Program-made: the position numbers and the translations under genes
Assembly: GCA_944358855.1 (NCBI GenBank)
Contig: CALVSC010000002.1
Location: 1 to 49,395, forward strand
Direction: 5' to 3'
DNA from: an uncultured Bacilli bacterium
GTDB taxonomy: Bacteria; Bacillota_I; Bacilli_A; RF39; UBA660
DNA length: 49,395 bases
The notes under the pieces: generated by a model
Told to the model about the DNA's origin: nothing
Database searches by the model: none
What the model saw: only the letters and a program-made list of their open reading frames with translations
Shown: positions 9,711 to 19,534 of the stretch, piece by piece
How the letters are laid out: each line of letters opens with the position of its first letter
Numbering within the stretch: position 1 is the stretch's first letter

Positions 9711-10917
9711 GTTGTTCACCTACTCTTTTATTTAGAATATATTCTAGGGTAATCATAGCTAGAAGAGCTTCTAGTATTTGTAATGGATATGCATATCTTG
9801 GCATTACTTCTATTAGAAGATACGCTCCAAAATAAAATAGTAATATACTATATATTAAAATTTGTTCTTTTTTATATGTTTTCTTTATGATTGTTATGAT
9901 ACTTAATAGAGCAAATAATAAGAAGAAATAGATAAAAAGAGAATTAATACTGTTTAGAGGAAGTAGTTCTTCTTCTGTTTTGTCAGGAAATGTCCAGGTT
10001 AGATCAGAGTTTAACCATAGTATTTTTATTTTTTTAATAAATAAAACAGGGTAGTTTGTCCAATCTTCTTTTATTCTTTGTTCTAACTCTTGTTCTGCTT
10101 TTTTGGGATAAAATGCATATTTTTCAGCGTCTTCACTACTGTATTTTCCTCTTGTTTCTGTGTTTAGTCCTGTTATAAATTTCCAAGCAGGATTTTTATT
10201 TTCTAGACCATTGGGACTAATATTCGTCTTTTGTAATGTATAGGAAGCAAGGGTGTTTGTTATAAAATATATCATGATGATTAAGATCGTTCCTATTACT
10301 TTTTTCTTCTTTTTAGAAGATGTTATAATTCGATATAACATATAGAGAGTAATTCCAGCCAGTATTACAATTCCTTCACTTCTTAACATATTACTAAACG
10401 CTAGTAATATACCAATTATTATAAATGGTAATATGTGTTCTTTTTTATTTTTTATTAAAATATAAAGACTGATTAGAATCAGTAACATTGGTAAGAATTG
10501 ATTTGTTAGTACTGTATTTAAAAATAATGGGAATAAGAATATAGAATAAATGAAAGATATTATAAGGGATACTTTTTTATTAGTTAGATACTCTCCTATT
10601 TTATATAATAGACCAATGGTTGCGGTGGTGATTAAAGCGTTTACTATTTTTAAAAACGTAATATTATCTATAATACTTAAAAGAAGAGCTTGATAGATAA
10701 CATGTCCCATTTGATAGGCCCAGGTTAGAAAGTATGGCATTGTTTGGTATTCTGTCGTACCTTTTAATAGTTCAAATGATGCTTCTAACATTGTTTTAAA
10801 ATCAGATGTTGGTGGAGTATTTATCGTTAATACGACAATTAGTCGTAATACAAAGCTAAATACTAATAAAAAAAGAAACCATTTGTTGTTTTTTATCCAG
10901 TTTTTTATTTTTTCCAT
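9691..10917 (-). CDS. Polytopic membrane protein, GT39/GT83 (PMT/ArnT-like) glycosyltransferase family
   Basis: About 12 predicted TM helices. The N-terminus LRLIVVLTINTPPTSDF is typical of dolichyl/undecaprenyl-phosphate-sugar-dependent glycosyltransferases. By-eye assignment. Confidence 0.5.
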   Translation of the reverse strand: MEKIKNWIKNNKWFLFLLVFSFVLRLIVVLTINTPPTSDFKTMLEASFELLKGTTEYQTMPYFLTWAYQMGHVIYQALLLSIIDNITFLKIVNALITTATIGLLYKIGEYLTNKKVSLIISFIYSIFLFPLFLNTVLTNQFLPMLLILISLYILIKNKKEHILPFIIIGILLAFSNMLRSEGIVILAGITLYMLYRIITSSKKKKKVIGTILIIMIYFITNTLASYTLQKTNISPNGLENKNPAWKFITGLNTETRGKYSSEDAEKYAFYPKKAEQELEQRIKEDWTNYPVLFIKKIKILWLNSDLTWTFPDKTEEELLPLNSINSLFIYFFLLFALLSIITIIKKTYKKEQILIYSILLFYFGAYLLIEVMPRYAYPLQILEALLAMITLEYILNKRVGEQHAKNRK

Positions 10918-10947
10918 ATTCTTCACCATTCCTATTATAACAAGAAT

Positions 10948-10983
10948 TTAAAAAAGAAAAAAGAAGCTTATTCAGCTTCTTTT
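10948..10983 (-). terminator. Intrinsic terminator after rpmF
   Basis: Minus strand: AAGAAGC, a 7-nt loop, GCTTCTT, then a T-run. It overlaps the rpmF stop codon. Confidence 0.55.
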
Positions 10984-11177
10984 ACATTAATAACCGTTTT
11001 TCCTTTATAGCTTCCACATTTTGGACAAATTCTATGAGCTTTAATCATTTCTCCACAACTTGGACATTTTACCATTCCTGGTACTTCCATAGCGTTATGA
11101 CTTCTTCTCATTCTTTTTCTTGTCTTTGAAACTTTGTGAAAAGGAACAGCAAACAATTGAATATTTAATTTCATCAT
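10968..11177 (-). CDS. rpmF: 50S ribosomal protein L32 with an unusual 9-residue N-terminal extension
   Basis: [18 protein letters not shown]...CPSCGE...CPKCG is the canonical zinc-ribbon L32. The ATGATG start is backed by a GAGGAG SD. The extension is MMKLNIQLF. Confidence 0.9.
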   Translation of the reverse strand: MMKLNIQLFAVPFHKVSKTRKRMRRSHNAMEVPGMVKCPSCGEMIKAHRICPKCGSYKGKTVINVKEAE

Positions 11178-11181
11178 ATTA

Positions 11182-11667
11182 TCACTCCTCTTTCATTTTA
11201 TCTAATAACTCACTAAATGGATTATTACTCTGGGTGATTTCATCTTCACTCACCAATTTCCATCCGTCTCCCTTAAATTTAGAAAAGTCTTTCACTTTCG
11301 TAAACTGTAGAGGGACCTCTAGTACAATATTTTCCCATAAAAATTGAAATATATCAAGTGTATTTTCATTTTTTTTACAATTTTCTTCTATTATGTCATC
11401 ATATTCTATGGAAAATGGGTATTCTACAGGCTCAAGAGAAATGGAATCTTCTAGAACCATTTTACCTTCTATTTTACATTTTATACTGTCTTGTTCTTGT
11501 TCTAAATCATCTTCACTTGGAGATAAATAAATATATCCTTCTACTTTTACATCATCTAATTTTTTTACATCTGACATCTTAAAGTATTCTTCTGGTATAG
11601 AATAAGTATTTGTAATATCTATCTTATCTACTATATAACTGTGAAGAGTTGTTAAATCTATGTTCAT
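11182..11667 (-). CDS. yceD: YceD/DUF177 family protein (large-subunit rRNA accumulation protein)
   Basis: 161 aa and acidic, immediately upstream of rpmF as in most bacteria. It has the C-terminal EVPLQ and NPFSEL motifs. Confidence 0.8.
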   Translation of the reverse strand: MNIDLTTLHSYIVDKIDITNTYSIPEEYFKMSDVKKLDDVKVEGYIYLSPSEDDLEQEQDSIKCKIEGKMVLEDSISLEPVEYPFSIEYDDIIEENCKKNENTLDIFQFLWENIVLEVPLQFTKVKDFSKFKGDGWKLVSEDEITQSNNPFSELLDKMKEE

Positions 11668-11675
11668 TTTACCAC

Positions 11676-12269
11676 CTAACCTAAATTAGTTTCTTTTTCA
11701 TTTAACATGGCAACTTCATTGTTGTCTTCTACTATTTGTATTTTTCCATGATAATGTCTTACGGCTCCTGCCTGAAGAGGAATATCTTGTTTTGTCCATA
11801 GTCTAATGTTGAATGATTCTTCTCCTAAGGCTTTAATGGTTTGTTTTGATAGAACTCCATCTTCTAATTCACTTAATGTATAAATGCTCGTTTTCTTTGG
11901 CCCTTTAATAGCTACTCTAATAATATCTTTTGGCATTTGGTATTCATTACATTCATCTTCAAACACTTCTTCTAAATCATCTGATAATTTTATTGTAAAG
12001 TTTACAGGAATTGTCATGTTGTTTTTCACTGTAAATGTGTAAGATTGGGATGCTAGTCCTACAGCATCTGTTACCGGAGTTACTCTCGTTAATGATACTT
12101 TATCTCCTGTTTCCTCGTGGAAAGTAATATCTAGAGACTCTGAACTATAGTCAATATTTCTTTCATTTTGGAATTTATAATATATATGATGAGTTGCGAA
12201 AATAGCAACGACAAAAATCAACGTAATAATTATTATGCTTTTCATTCTTTGTTTTTTATAGTTTTTCAT
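11676..12269 (-). CDS. Hypothetical N-terminally membrane-anchored extracytoplasmic protein
   Basis: A positively charged N-terminus and a single TM (IIIITLIFVVAIFA) are followed by a beta-rich domain. No family recognised. Confidence 0.55.
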   Translation of the reverse strand: MKNYKKQRMKSIIIITLIFVVAIFATHHIYYKFQNERNIDYSSESLDITFHEETGDKVSLTRVTPVTDAVGLASQSYTFTVKNNMTIPVNFTIKLSDDLEEVFEDECNEYQMPKDIIRVAIKGPKKTSIYTLSELEDGVLSKQTIKALGEESFNIRLWTKQDIPLQAGAVRHYHGKIQIVEDNNEVAMLNEKETNLG

Positions 12270-12360
12270 ACTACACCTCTGTTATTATGATAATATTTAT
12301 CAGAGCTTTCGTCAATATTTTCATCTATTCTTTTAAAGAAAGAAGAAAAGAAGTGTATTA

Positions 12361-13662
12361 TTACACCTCTTTACTTTTTATAGCTTTTCCTAGACGATGC
12401 CATAATTTATCATTAGAATAGTTTAATATTCCTACTTTATATACTTTTAATCCATATTTTGCAAGAATGATGATTGTGATAATCAACACAATTATGGAAA
12501 TAAAAACATCAAGCATTGTCGTCTCTCCAATAATATATAGAGATGGTGCTACTAGACAAGAAAGAAATGGTACATAGGATAATATTCTTATAAATATTGA
12601 GCCTTCAAACATACCAGCCATGATTGCTAGATAGTAGCCAGCAAGTAGAACTAACATAATTGGCGTTTGTAATTGGTTAAAGTCTTCCATATTTGTCGTC
12701 ATAGCAGCAAGTATACCAGCCACTAAAGAATAAGCTAAGAATGATAATATCATCATTACTAAAATAGCTGGTAGTAGTGTTAATAATTTATCAGTAAATC
12801 CAGATGTTGCAGCGGCATTTAACAATGTGTCTATACTTGGATCAATTATTAATTTTCCTTTGGTACTAATCAAGATTCCTATTACGGAATATATGACTAA
12901 TAACAATCCTTGAAGTAATATAAATACGTTACTAGCAACAACTTTGGATAGTAGATGAACTTTAGGACTTACATTAGATATAATGATTTCCATACTTTTC
13001 GTTGTCTTTTCCTCACATATTTCTCCACCTATCATTTGTACTAAGAAAATAATTAGCATGAAGAATGGCAAAATAACAGTTGGAAATAAAGTAGTCATTA
13101 CCATTTCCATATTTTCATCTACTGACTTTTCTTCGCTTAAGACAATTCTTTCTATTTCCATTGGAGAAGAAATCTTTTGTAATAATTCTGGAGAAGTATT
13201 GGTTTTTACTAACGCAACACTCGTTTTAGTAGCATTTAATCCCTGCATTAAATATTGATAAGTTGTATTATTTATTTTCTCCTTACTTATTAGTTTTGTT
13301 TGTACATAATTATCTTGACTATTTTCAAAGATAATCGCAACTTCATTATCTTTTAAATTTTTCTTTAATTCTTTTTCTTCTTTTTTGCTTTCTTTTATGA
13401 CTATTTTTTCTTCTTCTTGCTTCATCATGGTATCCATAGATGATTTAAAAATAGGATAAGAGATTTCTGTTTGATCAATTACATAAACTTTTGTAGATTC
13501 GTTAAAGTCTCCTCCAAAGAAAGATATAATAGAATTAATATTAATTAGTGCAATAATTACTAGTAATAACATAATATTGACACCTATGAACCATTTCGAT
13601 TTTATTTTTTTCCCTAAACTTTGTTTTACTAAATACCAAAATTTCTTACTCACGAACCTCAC
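12361..13662 (-). CDS. ABC-2 type exporter permease (NatB-like)
   Basis: An N-terminal TM, a large extracytoplasmic loop and then 5 C-terminal TMs. It overlaps the upstream ATPase gene by 17 nt. Confidence 0.75.
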   Translation of the reverse strand: MRFVSKKFWYLVKQSLGKKIKSKWFIGVNIMLLLVIIALININSIISFFGGDFNESTKVYVIDQTEISYPIFKSSMDTMMKQEEEKIVIKESKKEEKELKKNLKDNEVAIIFENSQDNYVQTKLISKEKINNTTYQYLMQGLNATKTSVALVKTNTSPELLQKISSPMEIERIVLSEEKSVDENMEMVMTTLFPTVILPFFMLIIFLVQMIGGEICEEKTTKSMEIIISNVSPKVHLLSKVVASNVFILLQGLLLVIYSVIGILISTKGKLIIDPSIDTLLNAAATSGFTDKLLTLLPAILVMMILSFLAYSLVAGILAAMTTNMEDFNQLQTPIMLVLLAGYYLAIMAGMFEGSIFIRILSYVPFLSCLVAPSLYIIGETTMLDVFISIIVLIITIIILAKYGLKVYKVGILNYSNDKLWHRLGKAIKSKEV

Positions 13663-14542
13663 CTACTTTCGCGATAAATATTTCATTTAATGTTGGCTCT
13701 TCTACATCGTATTTTGTTATATTACACGTTTTTACTTTATTAAATATCTTTGGAGCAATCGTTTCGTCTTCTATCTTTACTATGTATTCCTCTTTTTGTT
13801 TTTCTACTGATAGTACACCTTTTATTTTTTTGATTTCTTCTAGTGGTAATTTTTCTCCACGTAACGCAACGTTTTTCTTTTTATATTCTTTTTTTACATC
13901 TTTTACATAACCATCTACAATAGCTTTTCCTTTTACTAAAATAATTAATTTTTCACAAAAGTTTTCGATGTGTTCCATTTGATGAGATGAAAAGATAATG
14001 GAACACCCTTCTTTTTGTAGTTGATATATTGCTTTTTTCATTAGTTCTACATTGATAGGGTCTAGTCCTGTAAATGGTTCATCTAATATTAATAGTTTAG
14101 GATGATGAATGACTGCAGAAATAAATTGTATTTTTTGTTGATTACCTTTTGATAATTCTTTTATTTTTCTATTTTCATAATCTTCTATTTCAAAATCATG
14201 TAACCATTTCTTTAATTCTTTTTCAATTTTTTCTTCTTTCATTCCTTTTAATATTCCATAAAATAAGATTTGTTCTTTTACTGTCATTTTAGTAAGTAAA
14301 CTTCTTTCTTCTGTTACATAACCAATTTTATCTGTTAGAGAATAATCAATGTGTTTGCCATCTAACAATACCTCTCCTTCCGTTTGTTCCAAAAGGCCTA
14401 GGATGATACGAAAAGTAGTTGTTTTTCCAGCACCATTTTCTCCTAAAAGGCCAAATATTTCTCCATCTTTTACTTCAAAAGATAAGTTGTCTACCGCTTT
14501 GTAGTCACCATAATATTTGGTAATATTTTTTACTTGTAGCAT
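13646..14542 (-). CDS. ABC transporter ATP-binding protein (NatA-like)
   Basis: Walker A GENGAGKTT, signature LSKGNQQK, Walker B LLILDEP. Start at ATG 14542 after a GGGAGGAG SD. Confidence 0.9.
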   Translation of the reverse strand: MLQVKNITKYYGDYKAVDNLSFEVKDGEIFGLLGENGAGKTTTFRIILGLLEQTEGEVLLDGKHIDYSLTDKIGYVTEERSLLTKMTVKEQILFYGILKGMKEEKIEKELKKWLHDFEIEDYENRKIKELSKGNQQKIQFISAVIHHPKLLILDEPFTGLDPINVELMKKAIYQLQKEGCSIIFSSHQMEHIENFCEKLIILVKGKAIVDGYVKDVKKEYKKKNVALRGEKLPLEEIKKIKGVLSVEKQKEEYIVKIEDETIAPKIFNKVKTCNITKYDVEEPTLNEIFIAKVGEVRE

Positions 14543-14590
14543 ATTTACTCCTCCCATTATTATTTTAGCAAATAACTTTTTTGTTTCATA

Positions 14591-14620
14591 GAAAAAAGAA
14601 GAAAATTTTTATTTTCTTCT
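14591..14620 (-). terminator. Intrinsic terminator
   Basis: 10-bp stem AGAAGAAAAT/ATTTTCTTCT with a 4-nt loop and a T-run on the minus strand. It overlaps the stop codon of the 14609 gene. Confidence 0.6.
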
Positions 14621-15751
14621 TACTAATACTTTTACATCTGTTGGCGCTAATATTCCTGGTGTACCACCATAAGCTGGTATTTCTTCTAGTTCTACATCAT
14701 AGTTTTCTGTTAGTTTAGCATAAGACGCAATACATCTTTCCACACCTTCTTGGTTTAGTGCCATCATATAATCTCTACCAAAGTTGGTAATTGGAACATG
14801 ATAATTTGGATCTTGTTGTCTAGCTATCATCCAATCTGCGCTCATGTTTTGACAATAATATGAGATTTCTCCGCCTGGTGCTAAGAGTGGTGCAATCTGA
14901 TCATCTACAGCACTTACGAAGTCTTTACTAGGTATATAAAATGGTATATTGGATAAAAAGATGGCATTAAAATCTTCTTCTCCATATAATCTATTTTTTA
15001 TTCTTCTAATGTCTGATGTTTGAAAAGATACTTTTGCTTTTCTTAGACGTTCTTTTAAAGTGTTAAAGTTTTCTTCTGTCATTAGATATCCATAAGTATC
15101 CTCTTTTGCTTCTGGTGATTCAAAAATACGTAAGGCATTTCCTCCACGAAATTCAGGATATTCATCTAAAGCATTGATGGCATAATCTATTAATCCTACT
15201 GGATAATGCATTCCTAAATACCCTGTTAATATTTTATAACTTGGAGATTGTAAAAATTCCATTACTTTATCTTGTTCTCTTTTTCTTTCTTGAATTAAAC
15301 GGTCCCAGAACGGATAGGCAATCTCTCTTTCAAATCCTGATACTGCTTTTCTTAATAAACCATCTGACATAAATAACAAATCGTCTCTACGGAAATTACG
15401 GAAACAAGAACAGTATTCATCGTAGGATAAATTTAATACTGCCCAGTATTTTAAACAAGTCATATAGTATTGATGTTGATTAATATCAAAGTTTACTACT
15501 TCGTCTGCTCCTCGGAAGATACTTTCCAAACAATAATCTCCACTACTAGCAACCGTTAATACCTTACTTCCTTCCCCAACAGAACTTTGAACTGCCTCTT
15601 TTACATTTTCACTCGTATTTAAATAAATGTGAGGATTTCTGGTGAAATAATCTTCATCCATGCATTTTTTTGTACGTGCATTTTTTAAACAATAATCAAT
15701 ATCTCTTTTAGCATCTTTTTTATTTAATGATGTGGTTTTGATACTACTCAT
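14609..15751 (-). CDS. DUF3419 / BtaA-like putative SAM-dependent (3-amino-3-carboxypropyl) transferase family protein
   Basis: VLTVASSGDYCLESIFRGADEVVNFDINQHQYYMTCLKYWA and the later AIFLSNIP resemble the DUF3419/COG5379 signature. Start at ATG 15751; an alternative upstream ATG is at 15805. Confidence 0.6.
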   Translation of the reverse strand: MSSIKTTSLNKKDAKRDIDYCLKNARTKKCMDEDYFTRNPHIYLNTSENVKEAVQSSVGEGSKVLTVASSGDYCLESIFRGADEVVNFDINQHQYYMTCLKYWAVLNLSYDEYCSCFRNFRRDDLLFMSDGLLRKAVSGFEREIAYPFWDRLIQERKREQDKVMEFLQSPSYKILTGYLGMHYPVGLIDYAINALDEYPEFRGGNALRIFESPEAKEDTYGYLMTEENFNTLKERLRKAKVSFQTSDIRRIKNRLYGEEDFNAIFLSNIPFYIPSKDFVSAVDDQIAPLLAPGGEISYYCQNMSADWMIARQQDPNYHVPITNFGRDYMMALNQEGVERCIASYAKLTENYDVELEEIPAYGGTPGILAPTDVKVLVRRK

Positions 15752-15805
15752 AAACCTTGCCCCTTTCTTGGGACATATTTTATCATCAATTTTGTTTTTT
15801 TGCAA

Positions 15806-15832
15806 TAAAAAAACTCCTTGCGGAGCTTTTTT
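15806..15832 (-). terminator. Probable intrinsic terminator after the aminopeptidase gene
   Basis: Minus strand: AAAGCTCC-GCAA-GGAGTTT followed by T7. Confidence 0.45.
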
Positions 15833-17217
15833 TAAGCGTTTTGTAAGAAGGCAATATAACCACGATACGCTTCATAAATATCTGATTTTGAAGTTACTTC
15901 CCATGGAGCATGCATACTTAATACTCCTACTCCACAGTCTATTACTTCTACATTATAGTTTGCTAAGATATATGCGATGGTTCCACCCCCACCAATATCT
16001 ACTTTTCCTAGTTCTGATATTTGGAAAGAAACGTTAGCATCATCCATAATTTTTCTAAGTTCGGCAATATATTCAGCGTTGGCATCATTACTTCCACTTT
16101 TACCACGTGAACCTGTAAATTTGCAGAAGACAACTCCATATCCAAATTGTGATGAGTTGTTTTTATCCATTACTGATTTATATAATGGGTCATAAGCAGA
16201 ATTTACATCACTAGATAGCATCTTAGAATGACTAAGTACTCTTCTTACTGCAAGTGGTGAATCGTCTCCCATTAAAGCACAGATTTCAGCAATGGCATTA
16301 TCAAAGAAATGAGACTCCATTCCTGTTGCTCCTACACTGCCTATTTCTTCTTTATCTACTAGAATACAACTTAGTGTTTTTTCTGTTTCTTCTACTTCTA
16401 AGAATGCTTCTAAAGAAGTATATGCACAAACTCTATCGTCTTGTCCATAAGACATTATCATACTTTTATCTAATCCAAAGTCTCTTGCTCTTCCGGCAGG
16501 TACTGCCTCTATTTCAGCAGATAGAAAGTCGCTTTCTTCAATATCATATTTTTCCTTTAATATTCTTAGAATGTTTTTCTTTACTGTTTCTTTTTCTTCA
16601 TCAGAATCTTTTTCAGGACAACTTCCAATTAAAATATCTAAATCTTCTCCTTCAATTAATTTAGATCCTTCTTTTTTCATTTGGTCACTTGCTAGATGAG
16701 GAAGAAGGTCTGTAATACCTACAACAGGGTCAGTTGGATCTTCTCCTATTTTTATTTCAACTTTTGTTCCATCTTTTTTTACTACTACACCATGTAGAGC
16801 AAGTGGTAGTGTTACCCATTGATATTTTTTAATACCACCATAGTAGTGAGTATCAAAATAAGTAAATCCATCACTTTCATAAAGAGGATTGGCTTTTAAA
16901 TCTATTCTTGGAGAATCAATGTGAGCTCCTAGAATATTCATACCATCTGTAATAGGTTTTGTTCCAATATTGAATAAAGCAACTGCTTTTCCTTTATTAT
17001 TAACATATATTTTAGCGCCACTTTGTATTTTAGTTCCCTCTTTGATATACTCTTCTAAATCTTTATAACCTCTTTCTTTGGCACGTCTAATAATTTCTGT
17101 TGCAGCTTCTCTTTCTGTTTTGGCTGTCGATAAGAAATCTTTATAGTCCTCACATAAATTATTTAATCTTTCTATGTCTTCATCATTATATTTTTTCCAT
17201 GCATTTATTCTTTCCAT
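15832..17217 (-). CDS. M18-family aminopeptidase (aminopeptidase 1 type)
   Basis: About 461 aa with the HIDSPR, YGQDDRVC and VDKEEIGS metal-ligand motifs characteristic of M18/M42-clan aminopeptidases. Confidence 0.85.
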   Translation of the reverse strand: MERINAWKKYNDEDIERLNNLCEDYKDFLSTAKTEREAATEIIRRAKERGYKDLEEYIKEGTKIQSGAKIYVNNKGKAVALFNIGTKPITDGMNILGAHIDSPRIDLKANPLYESDGFTYFDTHYYGGIKKYQWVTLPLALHGVVVKKDGTKVEIKIGEDPTDPVVGITDLLPHLASDQMKKEGSKLIEGEDLDILIGSCPEKDSDEEKETVKKNILRILKEKYDIEESDFLSAEIEAVPAGRARDFGLDKSMIMSYGQDDRVCAYTSLEAFLEVEETEKTLSCILVDKEEIGSVGATGMESHFFDNAIAEICALMGDDSPLAVRRVLSHSKMLSSDVNSAYDPLYKSVMDKNNSSQFGYGVVFCKFTGSRGKSGSNDANAEYIAELRKIMDDANVSFQISELGKVDIGGGGTIAYILANYNVEVIDCGVGVLSMHAPWEVTSKSDIYEAYRGYIAFLQNA

Positions 17218-17294
17218 CATATCACCTTCCCTTACTTATTAGTATATCAAATTATTTGTGTTTCTTTCACAAAAAAACAGAAAAAATCTATTTT

Positions 17295-17885
17295 CTATTT
17301 TTCGTTTATCATATTCATAATAATCTTTTTTGTTTCTTCTATTAAAGTGCTTTCTTGTAATAAGTCGTGATGATGATAGATTAATTCATGTGATAAGTTA
17401 TCAATTAAAGATAACATTATATGAATTTTTTCTAATGGTTTTTTTAATATAATATTGTTTTTTTCTAAGTAGTCTTTTATTTCTTTTGTTAGTTTTATTT
17501 CTTTTTCTTGATATAGTTTTCCTAGTTCTTTATCTTGATGAATCATCGATATTAATTCTTCATGTTGTATTTTATATTTTTTATGATTTTTGATACTACT
17601 ATTTATAAAATTACTTATTATTTCTTCTTTATTTAGTACTTTATCTTTTTTTATTTTAGGAAACATAATCTCTGTTAAATATTCGTTCATTCCTGATATT
17701 AAGATATCTTTTTTATTTGTAAAGTATTGATAAATACTTCCTGTTGATACTCCGGCGTATTTGGCAATATCGATACAATTAGTATGATGATATCCTTTTT
17801 TACAGATTAATTCAAAACCTTTGTCTAGTATTTTTTGCTTCGTTTCAATGGATGTTTTTTTACTTGGTTCTCTTACTTCACTCAT
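17295..17885 (-). CDS. TetR/AcrR family transcriptional regulator
   Basis: N-terminal HTH: GYHHTNCIDIAKYAGVSTGSIYQYFTNKKDI. Confidence 0.85.
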   Translation of the reverse strand: MSEVREPSKKTSIETKQKILDKGFELICKKGYHHTNCIDIAKYAGVSTGSIYQYFTNKKDILISGMNEYLTEIMFPKIKKDKVLNKEEIISNFINSSIKNHKKYKIQHEELISMIHQDKELGKLYQEKEIKLTKEIKDYLEKNNIILKKPLEKIHIMLSLIDNLSHELIYHHHDLLQESTLIEETKKIIMNMINEK

Positions 17886-17892
17886 CTTACAC

Positions 17893-18813
17893 CTACTTTA
17901 AGAATCCTTCGATAATTACTTCTTCTGCTTCTTTTTCTGATAGACCTAAAGACATCAATTTATTTAATTGGTCTCCAGCTATTTTTCCTATTGCTGCTTC
18001 ATGAATTAAATTAGCATCAATATTTTTCGCAAATATTTCTGGTATGGCTTTTACTTGACCATTTTCTTTAATAATAGCGTCACATTCTACGTGGGCATAA
18101 CATTTGGTATTTCCTACTACATTAGATACAAATTCTTGATATGAGTTCTCTGTTGCGACAGAACGAGATGTTACATGGGTAGAGGCGTTTTCTCCTTTTA
18201 ACTCAACCATAAAGCTTGTTTTGGCTACTTGGTCTTTTGATGTTAATATTTTTTCGGTTACGACTAAGGTAGCATTCTCTTCTAATTCGGCTTTTGTCGT
18301 ACGGATGGTATCGTCTACTCCTTTTATTTGGGTTGTATCCATTACCATGTAAGAAGAAGCTTTCATGTGTATTTCTGTTACAGGGTTTAGAATTCTTTTA
18401 CCACTTCCTACTCCTAGACCACAGTGTCGTTCAATGTATTTTACTTTGGCTCCTTCTTCTAAAAAGAATCTATGAATTCCATCGTGTCTAGCATCCCAGT
18501 GTCCATTATTAGTAATACCACATCCAGCTACAATAATAACATTGGCATTTTTCCCAATATAGAAATCATTATAGACAACATCTGTTAGACCACTTTCTGT
18601 TATAATTACTGGAATATTTACAGTACCAAATAAGGTATCTTCTTTCACATAAACATCTATCCCACTCTTATCTTCTTTCGTTACAATATTTATATTGGGA
18701 TTTACTTTTCTGTCTTCTAGTTTTCCGTTTTTTCTAATATTATAACTATCTGCTTTTTTGACATCTTCATTTCCTACTACTTCTTTTAGCAGAGCTTCTT
18801 CTTCTTTATTCAC
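17893..18813 (-). CDS. SufB/SufD-family Fe-S cluster assembly scaffold-like protein
   Basis: 306 aa with a beta-helix-like repeat region and the C-terminal HEAAIGKI...LMSLGLSEKEAEEVIIEGF motif typical of SufB/D. It overlaps the sufC-like gene by 8 nt. Confidence 0.75.
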   Translation of the reverse strand: MNKEEEALLKEVVGNEDVKKADSYNIRKNGKLEDRKVNPNINIVTKEDKSGIDVYVKEDTLFGTVNIPVIITESGLTDVVYNDFYIGKNANVIIVAGCGITNNGHWDARHDGIHRFFLEEGAKVKYIERHCGLGVGSGKRILNPVTEIHMKASSYMVMDTTQIKGVDDTIRTTKAELEENATLVVTEKILTSKDQVAKTSFMVELKGENASTHVTSRSVATENSYQEFVSNVVGNTKCYAHVECDAIIKENGQVKAIPEIFAKNIDANLIHEAAIGKIAGDQLNKLMSLGLSEKEAEEVIIEGFLK

Positions 18814-19522
18814 AAGGATTACCTCCTTTACAGCATTTTTTAGGATTTACTATTTGATCAAATAGTCTAGCTTTTTCACCATGGTCTTCGATTTCACCTT
18901 GATTTATTAATATAATTTCATCGGCAATATTTAATATTCTTTCTTGATGGGAAATTACTAATGTAGTTCCATTAGAGTGCATACTAATATCTTTAAATAC
19001 TTCTGTTAAATTTTGAAAACTCCATAAATCAATTCCGGCCTCTGGCTCGTCGAATATCGCAAGATATGGTTTTCTAGCCATTACTGTTGCGATTTCAATT
19101 CTTTTTAATTCTCCACCAGATAAAGATTTGTTAACTTCTCTATCTACATATTCCATAGCACATAATCCCACTTTAGATAAAATATCACAAGCTTCTTGTT
19201 TTTTTAATTCTTTTTTAGAAGTAGCAAGTTTTAATAAGTCATAGACTGTAATACCTTTAAATTGAACTGGTTGTTGGAAAGCAAAACCAATTCCTAATTT
19301 TGCTCGCTCATCTATTCCTTTTTCTGTGATGTCTTCTCCATTTAAATATATTTTACCGGAATCTGGTTTTTCTAATCCCATGATGATTTTCGCTAGTGTT
19401 GATTTACCACTACCATTTGGACCGGTAATTACATAGAATTTATCATTTTCTAATGTTAAATTTATATGATTTAATATTTTTTTATTGTTTCTTGCAAAAC
19501 ATATTTCTTTTAGTTCTAACAT
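18806..19522 (-). CDS. sufC: SufC-like ABC ATPase
   Basis: Walker A GPNGSGKST, signature LSGGELKR, Walker B AIFDEPEAGID. It is paired with the SufB/D-like gene. Confidence 0.8.
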   Translation of the reverse strand: MLELKEICFARNNKKILNHINLTLENDKFYVITGPNGSGKSTLAKIIMGLEKPDSGKIYLNGEDITEKGIDERAKLGIGFAFQQPVQFKGITVYDLLKLATSKKELKKQEACDILSKVGLCAMEYVDREVNKSLSGGELKRIEIATVMARKPYLAIFDEPEAGIDLWSFQNLTEVFKDISMHSNGTTLVISHQERILNIADEIILINQGEIEDHGEKARLFDQIVNPKKCCKGGNPCE

Positions 19523-19534
19523 ATTTTCTCCTTT

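Noticed and set aside
8809-16664. Assorted plus-strand ORFs antisense to addB, the ABC permease and the aminopeptidase (for example 8809..9048, 12983..13258, 15732..16037, 16254..16664).
   Set aside because: All are embedded antisense in strongly supported genes, are L/F/S-rich as expected from antisense AT-rich coding DNA, and lack ribosome-binding sites.
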